Shown here one piece after another: positions 12,761 to 21,922 of a stretch of DNA of 64,000 bases. Origin of the DNA: Eutreptiella sp. 'Long Island Sound 2002' (taxonomy: Eukaryota > Protista > Euglenida); contig OZ038378.1 of assembly GCA_964036045.1 (NCBI GenBank), positions 72,540,001 to 72,604,000 of the forward strand, written 5' to 3'. The translations under genes and the position numbers were made by a program. The notes below the pieces were generated by a model that was not told the origin of the DNA, made no database searches, and worked only from the letters and a program-made list of their open reading frames with translations. How positions within the stretch are numbered: position 1 is the first letter of the stretch; each line of letters begins with the position of its first letter.

Positions 12761-12999
12761 GAGATGCAACTGGCAACATTTGCCGACCCAGCGTATCGCA
12801 TGCCACTCAAGGGTCGCTGGATTCATCGGGATGTCCGTGATCCGGTTGGGTAGGCAGTACTGCGTGGGCCCTATTTCGGGCCCTGCAGTGGCTTCATCTA
12901 CATCCACTGTGTTTTCGCACACAGTCGCAGAAGTGACGGGTGTGCTCTCTTGATTGGAAGGGTGGAGGATCCCCGCTTGTCGAGACCCGTTGCCACTAG

Positions 13000-14350
13000 G
13001 GCCTCTCTAGGTCTGGGCCTAGAGGATCCCTGTAGCTGGCCATTCACAATCTCGTTGCACAGAACTTGGATCTGCACCATCAGACTCGGCGTAACGGTCC
13101 CCGTTTGCGCCAATTTGATGATGTTGGCGGTCATCACGGTTGCCACGCTGGGCACGCTGCGGGACCTTTTCGTCATGACGCTTGCAGTACAGCTCCTTCT
13201 CCCTCTTGGCCACCTCACAGCGGGTACTATCATGCCGATGATGACCATTCTGCCCGTAGCAGATGAAACAGCTACCTTTGCCGTCTTGACCGCCATGTCG
13301 TTCACGGTACTCCCGCATCCATAGTAGTTGGGTACCCCTGCGGCGTTGCTACCTCCGCTTTTGGGTTGCATTGTTCAGGCTGGTGGACTGTACAGCGTAC
13401 ACTTCAGCCAGTATGGCGTCCACTGCTTGTAAGGTACACATTACTCCAACTTTAGGGTACGGACTTTGGGGCTTGTCTCCGGTGACATCGGATGTACCAC
13501 CAATCCCCTTCGGCATGTCCTGTTTGGTAGGGGTGCTGCTCTCGGCGATGTCCACGTCCATTTGCCAAATGTCACGCTTGATGCAGTTCCGTTGGCCTCC
13601 ACAGTCTTGATGTTGGGCCTCTTAGCGGTGCGGCAGGGTGATTTTCTCGGTGATACCGTCGATTATCTCGCCGCAAACATCCGGGGATCGATGGCTTGGA
13701 CCTTCAGCATGCCCGTCGTCGACTTGACTCTGTCCATGGCCTCAAGGCTCTCGCCCACTCCGCGGTCCTCCGTGGTGATCATTAGGGCGTTCTTCATGGT
13801 ACCGCGCTGCTGTTGATCCATTGCAGCAGGCCCTGGTGCCGCTACTCGGGTAGGCGGACCTTGACCACCGTCCGATATCAGTCTGTGTTTTGCTCCTCCG
13901 CCTCGATCTTGTCCCCCCACTTGTACGGTAGCATGTCGTACATCCTAGCGGCTTCTAGCTCCTCAGACCTGTCCTCGGCGTATCGCCTCAAGCGGCGGTA
14001 CGCTCGGCGGAACTCATGCCAATCTGCCACCCGGATGTGGCCTGCCAACATCCTCGGCACCACGGCCTTGAACCGGCGTTGGGCATTGTAGAGGAGATTG
14101 TCGACTTCTTCTTTGCGGAAAGCGCGCCTCATTCCGTCCCAGGTGGAGATCTTGCCGTCGTCCACCCAATAGTCTAGCTCCTTCTGCACATTAGCCGGGA
14201 CGCAATGGGGTAGGATGGCCATGCAGAATTGCTGACGCTGGGCATCGTTGCACGCGATGGTCGAGCCGTTGACGAACTTATTCCACGTCCGCTCAAACTC
14301 ATCGAATTCCTCTGGGTTGCCGGTGATCGCCGAAAAAATCTAGGGGTGCC
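13000..14350 (-). pseudogene. gag-like region with zinc knuckle
   Basis: ORF 13878-14222 (AILPHCVPANVQKELDYWVDDGKISTWDGMRRAF) and GSCFICYGQNGHHRHDSTRC in ORF 13019-13318, upstream of the protease. Confidence 0.7.
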
Positions 14351-14418
14351 CCGAAGGCACGGCAAGCAGCAAAAACACCGGCTCCATAGACCAGCGGATT
14401 GCCCAATCACCAGCGGAG

Positions 14419-14613
14419 TGTGAGACGAAAGTCAGGTCTGGAAATTGCGATGAGTTGCTGTGGCGACCGGATACTCAGAAGCCTACTTCGAGATAAGTCA
14501 TCTGACGTGTGCGAATACAATGTAAGCTACTCCCGCACAGTTCCCGTTTGTGATAGCTCATGAAGAGTGCCTTGCGCTATCCGGTCCGCGCACCAAGATA
14601 GTCACCAGTGAAC
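14419..14613 (-). repeat. Possible 5' LTR of the gypsy element
   Basis: TG...CA bounded segment just upstream of gag. A PBS-like TGGTGATTGGG lies on the minus strand at about 14402-14412. No second copy is present to confirm it. Confidence 0.25.
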
Positions 14614-17358
14614 ATCATTAGATGCAGTGCGGGGAATAGCGCTCAGCTCCCAGGAGTGAAGCAGATCCAAGACTGGTCCACGGGGGCATTTTGAGAGGAG
14701 CTGTCGCAGGACAACGTGAATATATAGCGGTGTGCGCATCAAGCTAGCACGGATACCAACATTCACTACGCAGAAACGTAACAACCGCGACCAAGCGCGG
14801 ACAACGTTCAAAGCGAACAGGGCAAGCAATGCCAAGCTCCAAGCGTTTGATACTCAAGGTGGAGTCATCGCTGAGCCAAGTGGAACTAAACAAGACGCAA
14901 GATTCACACACAACACCATGGGCGTCCATAGATGTGTTTCGGGTCCGGCACCATTCGTCTTTGCCTGTTGTTTGGTCAAAGATCATCCGTAAAATCAAAA
15001 GTAACTTGAATTGCTTGCCTAATGTCAACGTTTTCACTATCTTAAAGCCCATTCACAGCATAAAGGCATTATTTCTTTTGGGCCGGCGGCCCGCTCCATT
15101 TTCCGGATGTGGGTTGGGTGCCGGCAGCCGGACAAGAGACGATCACCATATTGTTCCCCCGAGCAATCATCAAGCGATTTATGTGGTCCAATCGAGTATT
15201 CTTTACATATTTCAAAACGCGACAATCTCAGTGATATGAATCAGAAGCCTCTGTGGCAAAAGCCTTTTTGGTTAAAATTCCTCATTTCCCAGGAAAGCAT
15301 TTTGCGCGGGCGTCAAAAGCTTGATTGCGCGCGTGCAAGTTGGGGAACCTGCCCAGTAGATGGAATTTGTTCGGCACTGCGTACTGCAAAGATTGTCCTC
15401 TTTGTCACTTCTGGTGTGTAAAGTCCGATTTACAAGCCTCGGTTCTTACCAGTTAAAATGACCGGCGCCACCAAAACATCGAGAACACACGTTTTTGTGC
15501 GTCACTGGTGGTGCAATTTCCTTGATTTCAGATCGCTTTAAGCGTTTTTCAATCTTCCGGCCACAAGCAATTGACAATTGAGTACATTCCTTGAAGAATT
15601 CGAATTGAAGTCTTGGCTCTCTTTCACCAAAAAACAAAGGGTGCTTGGCGCGCTTGGAGAGGGGCATGCCCCCCGTCCAAGCGTGCCAGGCGGCTTCACA
15701 GGCCCCCTTTTTGGTTTTTGGTGCCTTTTTGAGTGTGTTTCTTCACCAATTGTCTGTTATAAAACTATATCTACAGACCTCAAGCATACACTCTACGTGC
15801 TATACCTACACCTGTGTCTAGTGCAACTTCACCATTGCTTGTTCCGGCGCCGCGCACAGCAGGCACTCCGCGCGCACGCTCCTGCGTCCAGCGATGGGAA
15901 TTATAACTTTGTGTGTCTTTGAGGACAGTTTTGTGGTTGGTACTCTACTTTCGCTATTTTTTCGTGAAATTTGTGCAATCCTTTTCTTTTAGACCTGATG
16001 AGGGCGTTATCTCTGCGCCAAAACGCGTAGTTCAACTTTGGGGACCATATCCAAAGGACATATTGTAGCATTGCTTGTGCTTGCCCGTGCTTATCTGTTG
16101 AGATCGCTTTGGTTTCCGGAAAATCCACGGAGGGTTAAAAAGCCATTGGCCAATTTATTTCAAAAACCCTAAGAATGGTAATCGCCGGGACCCCCCCCCA
16201 AATTTCTCAGATTGTCGCTCATTCTCCCCCCGTGTTTGTGCAGCAAGAAAACATTTTTTTTCGACGAGAATTTACGATACTGGGTGCATTCTGACGAGCA
16301 AAAAAGGCGGGTCATCTGGTGCCAGTTGCATGACATGCTAAGAGAGTTGGAGGTGGCTGAAGGGGAAGAAGAAGTTGATCGAGATGAGGAGGGTGAGGAT
16401 GACACTCACCTCCCGGATCAGCTGGCTGAATGCTTCCATATCACCTACACCACTTGGCGGGGGCGGGAGACAAAGGTCCCAGTTAAGTACACTTAGCACT
16501 CTTCGGCACATCGATTCGGCAAACAGATGGGACCGTGTTTTGTTGTGCTCGTGTCTTTCTGCTTGTATGTGTCATATTAGGTAAAGGACAATCGGGACCA
16601 TTAAAAAATAAGTAATATTTAAGGACGACCCTGGATGAGTTAAAGAAAAAAAGTAATAAGTATTGAGTAAAGCCTTTTGGGAAACCATTAATATGCTGTT
16701 TTAACTTTATTTCCACAGTAGTCCCACTCCGAATCAGAAGTAACCACCACAGGGTCATTAGCAAGGAGATCCACGGATTTAGCAATAGACAAAGCATCAG
16801 AGGCCAACTACTCCAACAAGCAAACAAGCACCAACTCCTCAGACAAAATCAATTGAACATTGGAGGCACATCATGGTAGGAACATCACAACATGGTGGGA
16901 ACATCAGAGGCCACACTACCCTTATCAGGGGAGGTGTCATGAGCCTCAGCTACAAAATCCTCGGAAACAGCAGTACCCTTACCCGGTGATTCCATTCCTT
17001 GAGGCAACATATCCTCTGAGACAACAGTCTCCTTCGCTGGGGAGTCGTGTGCTTGAGCCACAACGTACTCCCGCAAAGAAGAGGAAACGGAGGAATGCGA
17101 GGCACGCACATCCCTATTACAAGAAGAGTCCACAACGTCCGGGTTAACCTTGGATTCTGTCGCGGGCTGTGCGGCAAACTTTGGTTTACCCTTGGTTGGT
17201 TACAACCCCGGGTGATTTGGCGGTTGGCCGAGATTTCATGACGATAATCGTTACCTGTGGCTTGGTCCCTCCACATTTCAGGATGATAATCGTTACCTCT
17301 TCCGCGAGACGGAGCTCACGATTATCGTCCTAAAATCTCGCCCCTAGCAAACACTTTT

Positions 17359-17414
17359 AATACGACACAACACAAAACAACATAACACGACACGACACAA
17401 CACAACCCAACACA
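17359..17414 (+). repeat. (ACACA/ACACG)n pentanucleotide microsatellite, left half
   Basis: ACGACACAACACAAAACAACATAACACGACACGACACAACACAACCCAACACA; continues at 18795-18830. Confidence 0.85.
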
Positions 17415-18794
17415 GGAGCTGCGCCAGCCAGCGGGGGGGGGGGGGGGGGGAGGGGGGGTTTTCGGCCAGCCGGCCAGCCAGCCACCCAACCGGCCACCTA
17501 GCCAGCCACCCAGCCGCCCACCATTGCTTTGTACATGCATGTTTGCCTCACCGCCCTTGCTCTCAAGATCTCAAGATGATGTCACCGATCCATGGAGTGT
17601 GTGGTAAAATTTCCTTCCCTTTAAACAAGGCACATCATGCATTGGGATGGGGTTTTGGGTTGTTTGCTTGTGTGGGAATCCGGACCTAGTGGTCCAGTTG
17701 CACAATCACCAACACAATTGCCGTTGCATTGTGTTGTAGCGTCCCCGTGTCCAACTAACGTCGGCAAGCATGCATGGAGATGCCCCAATGCATGCATTTT
17801 TTAAATAGGAAAAAATGTGTCGACAGGACCGGGGATGTAGAATGGCCGAGCCCCATCCGCGTTGGGGTCCCAAGATGGGACGCGGTCCGCTCACACTTGC
17901 CACAATCATATAGAGAGGCCAAAACTTGTTTTTCTTGGTTCATGCTTTAATTTAGCTGTTTAGGTGTTTGTTATAATGAGGCGTTCCGATTTGTGATAAG
18001 TGCATGCGCATGCCCCTTTCCTTTGTGTAGTGTGCTTTGCTGTTTGCGATATGTCTGAACCATCTCCGGAGTATGGCCCCGATTTTTGGGTCAAGGCTTG
18101 TGGCGGGGAATACCTCGTTACTGCCAAGATCGGGGTTCATTGGACTCTTGCCGAACTGATATACGACAAATATTGTCGTCCTGGCAAAGTCCCCCGTGAG
18201 CACTTGTACTACGTGCTTGCGTGGTTGAAGCAAGCACCTTCGTACCGGTGCATGCAAACCATTTGCCCGTGCAATGTGCAGCGGCAACCGAGTCCAAGCA
18301 CATTGCGTCGCATTGTTGAGAGCACATTGGAATATTTGTTTGGTGTCATGGTGGAAATTAGTGCTGACCACCTTGATCATCCGAACAATAGTTGTCCTCA
18401 TTTTCCGGACACGGATGGTGGTTGGGATACTTTCCCAATTTTTGTACAATTGTGTACTCGGGGGTTGATATCGATAACAACAACATTTGTAGTTCCACAT
18501 TCGTTTGATACGGAGATTCTATGTTTCGTGTTCTTGGTCTTTACGGGAGGTTCCGAAGGCAAGGCAACTTGGAGTATGAGCTAAGGGTGTTCTTGAAAGG
18601 TGGCCAACCCCCCCCACCCTTGCAAACCCATCCCCATACGCACACCATGCGTGAGAAGAGGCGGTTCAATGGTGCACTACGTATTTTGAGTGTTTTCCAG
18701 GGGCGCGCCAGCCAGCCAGCCAGGGGGGGGGGGGGGGGAGGGGGGGGGGTTTCCAAAGCCTCCCAGCCACCCAGCCGCGGCTAGGCGCAGCTCC
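17415..18794 (+). mobile_element. PIF/Harbinger-IS5-like (DDE_Tnp_4) non-autonomous transposon, 1.38 kb
   Basis: TIRs GGAGCTGCGCC (17415) and GGCGCAGCTCC (ends 18794), with a 3-bp TSD ACA. The internal ORF 18000-18584 has EHLYYVLAWLKQAPSY and GWDTFPIFV, matching the N-terminal half of DDE_Tnp_4 transposases. Confidence 0.75.
18000..18584 (+). pseudogene. Truncated Harbinger/IS5-like transposase (N-terminal half, first catalytic Asp region)
   Basis: KVPREHLYYVLAWLKQAPSYR...PSPSTLRRIVESTLEYL...DGGWDTFPIFVQ. The remaining DDE residues are absent. Confidence 0.6.
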
Positions 18795-21208
18795 ACAACA
18801 CAACACCACACCACACAACACAACACAACATGCCCGTCTTCTTATGTTGCCATGGGGAGCACCGGGGGGGTTACATTTCGCCGCTATGTTGGGCTTGTGT
18901 TAACAGAGGAGGGGAGGAGGGGTACTTTTCACCTCCGTGTTGGCCGGTGCCTATTGCCCTACAACCTTTGCTTGAGCCCACGCCCCTTCACCTAGGCTTG
19001 TAGGAGGTATTTTTGAATGGCATGCTTGCATACCCCTCCTTTGTCTTGTGATACATGGAATCGTGGGGCACCCATAATTCTTGCGTCTCTTCATTACCTT
19101 GCGCACCTCGCTTCTCCAAGCAACGTCCGGACGGTTTGCTGTTGATGGTTTTACGATGGGCCCAATGAATTTCGGCACGCTATGGTGAAGTTCGACGCAT
19201 GCACGAACAACAAAAACAACCATTCATTTAAAAAGAGATGGCATGTTGTGTAGTGACCCAAGGGCGTGGGCAATCAATTTCCGGGGATGAATCAACACTA
19301 TCAACTTTGCCATGCACCATGTGAAACAATGATTGTAGCCCTCCATTAGCGCCTGTCCATGATCGCCAAGGTACAACGATACCCCAAACAACAAGGCAAA
19401 TAGATACGTCACCAAGTCCTTTGAATTTAGGGATACGGTTTGCATGGCCTTTAGTGATGTGGAATGTCTTCGAACTTGACGTGGTACACCTCCCATTAAA
19501 ACCACTTGCTGGATTCCCACTTATTTAGATATTTGTCATTACGCGGTCATTCATGTACCAAGTTGCTCAAGTCATGCAACAAAGCAAATTGCAGAAGGAG
19601 CGCCGTGAGCTTGGGCGTAGTGTGCTTGCTGCGGGGGTATGTTGATGAGCTTGCGCGTGCATGTTGCATGCGTGGTCCATTGCCCGGCGACATCGCTCGA
19701 GCAAGAGGTCATCCTTGCTACGCTATTCATCTTGCATCAAAAACTTGGCGGATTGGCAATAGTCCGCAACTGCAAGAGGATTTACCAGCCGCGAGAACGA
19801 AGTGAGTGCTCTACAAGCCAATTGGTGGAGGCATTATTCAAGCTTTATGGTGCTATCATGGTCCAATCTATGCAAAAGAGTTGAATCGCAAAAATCGCGG
19901 CTAGTGCACCGAACTGCAAAGTTTGCACCAAGTTGATAGGTCCATGGAGCAAGGACAAGTTTATGACTTCATCCGGGCCTCGGGAATCAACATCCACACA
20001 ACTCGAAAGACACGAATTGCGGTCTTGTGAATGAAATATGCAATCTTGTCGAGCACGAAAAAGCGCAAGCGCTACTACCTTGAATCTCCCTTCGTTGGTG
20101 AGCAACCGGGAAGGGCGGTGAGCTAGCGATGAAGCAAGGAATGCTTTGTCGGGATAGGTGTACAACCGCACATAGGGTGGACGAAGCCACTGGCCGCATG
20201 CATGGAGAAGTTCCCGAGTTCATCGGTATTGCATGGTGATGGGTGTCTCTGGTTTTGAAGGCCTCGAGCCATGTGCATGAATGAATGCCGAGCCGATGTG
20301 CACGATAGAATGCCCACTTCGCAACTTGTTCGCCCGGTTGCTTACCGGGCTTCGGGCCCACGTCACTCTCAAGGTTTGGTGGGCACCCTTTCTACTGTTG
20401 TTCACTACATCTAGAGGAAGGCAAGTTGGGCAAGGAATGGAGGGGTGGAGAATGCACGGTTCATATTTTCCCGCGGATAGTGGAAAGGTGCCTATTGGCG
20501 GGAATCTGCATCGACAAGGAGCCTACGAACAAGCCCATTTGCAATAGTTACACTCTCACCCCTCCCAAGTTGTGGAACATGCTTTTAATGAGGGACGGGG
20601 CTATGGTGTGCCTCCATAGAAACGCGAGAAATGATGTTGGGCCATTTGAGGTGGTCCAATCAACGAATTTGAGACATTTTGAGCCCATCTTAAGCATTTT
20701 TGGCCCTAGGTCGTCCTCCGAGTACGTCCAACGATGGTAATGCCAAGAGCAATTCGGGATCCATTCGGCTTCATTTGTCGCTAGCATCCGCTAGCCCACA
20801 CGAAGTTCTGTTGTGCGCTCGGTGCAGTTGCGGCAAAGGGCACACGGCCGTTTCCTAGCAATATTTAGTTGCGCTACCGGACACTAGTGCTGAGTTTGGT
20901 GCGCAAGTTGGAGGCCGATTTTAAAGCCCTCAAGCGTCACAGGGGAAAGGAAGTGCGACAACATACATCGAAAGCTGCCAACCGGGAGCCCATTTTTGCC
21001 AAATCACGGTTGCAAAATACAGGCATTCCCCGACCCCCCGCACAAATCAGGATGGAGCGTGTCGCGCCGGCCAATCGGTGGTTAGCTCGGGTGTGCAATC
21101 CTCTTCCACGCAAGCTCTTGTCGGCACGTGGTTTCTATCGGTGGTAGCCTTTGCCTGTGCCGGGTCATGTCCCTCCCGGCTTCCTCTGTTTTCTTCGAAC
21201 CCACAGTC

Positions 21209-21922
21209 ATGGAGTTTGTGAACCCCTCTTCTTTCTCCTCCCAATGCGGGCTGTCCACGTTGGCGGCGGACAGAACGAAACTCATTCACGTGGACAGCCC
21301 CGGCGTGACGTACACCGACGAGGACATTGTCGCGAAGTACCAGTACTCCCACAACGTGACCTCGATTGTGGACAACGTCCTGCACGTCAAGCCAAGCGCC
21401 ATCAACCTGACCTTCAAGACCAAACGCGGCGTTTCGAAGACCGGGGTCATGTTCGTAGGCTGGGCTGGCAACAACGGCAGCACCACCACTGCCGGCCTGC
21501 TGGCGCACAAACACAACGTCCATTGGGAGACGAAAACCGGGATGCGGAAGCCCGATTTCTTTGGTTCGCTGACTCAGAGCAGTACGATCCGCATTGGGGC
21601 CACCGACGCGGCTCTCGGACCGCAGGTGGACTACCACGTTCCGTTTTTCAGCGTTGTGCCAATGGTTGATCCCACACAGCTTGTGGTTGGCGGTTGGGAT
21701 ATCAATGGAGCCAACATGGCCGACGCCATGCGCCGCGCGTGCGTCCTCGATGTGTCGCTGCAGCAGAAACTGGCGCCGTACATGGCCGACCTCAGGCCCC
21801 TGCCCAGTATGTACTACCCGGACTTCATTGCAGCGAATCAGGAGGAACGGGCCGACAATGTGTTGAAGGGGACCCGGAAGGAGCATTTGGCGAAGATCCG
21901 GCAGGATATCAAAGACTTTAAG
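21209..21922 (+). CDS. INO1: INO1 exon 1
   Basis: ATG at 21209 after a pyrimidine tract and CACAG; ends TTTAAG|GT. Confidence 0.93.

Larger units (their letters stand above)
10898..14420 (-). mobile_element. Ty3/gypsy-like LTR retrotransposon (gag-CCHC-PR-MTase-RT start), truncated by the hAT end
   Basis: Ordered decayed domains on the minus strand: gag, zinc knuckle, aspartic protease, Dam-like domain and RT N-terminus. The RT is cut exactly at the hAT TIR (10897/10898). Confidence 0.85.

Noticed and set aside
15446-15667. CSRC..GH knuckle as a Mutator transposase C-terminus
   Set aside because: No SWIM or MULE core could be found upstream, and a single short motif is insufficient.
18950-20400. 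Decayed transposase (GD..C..C-like words)
   Set aside because: The motif order does not fit CACTA/Transib-type enzymes and the frames are too broken.
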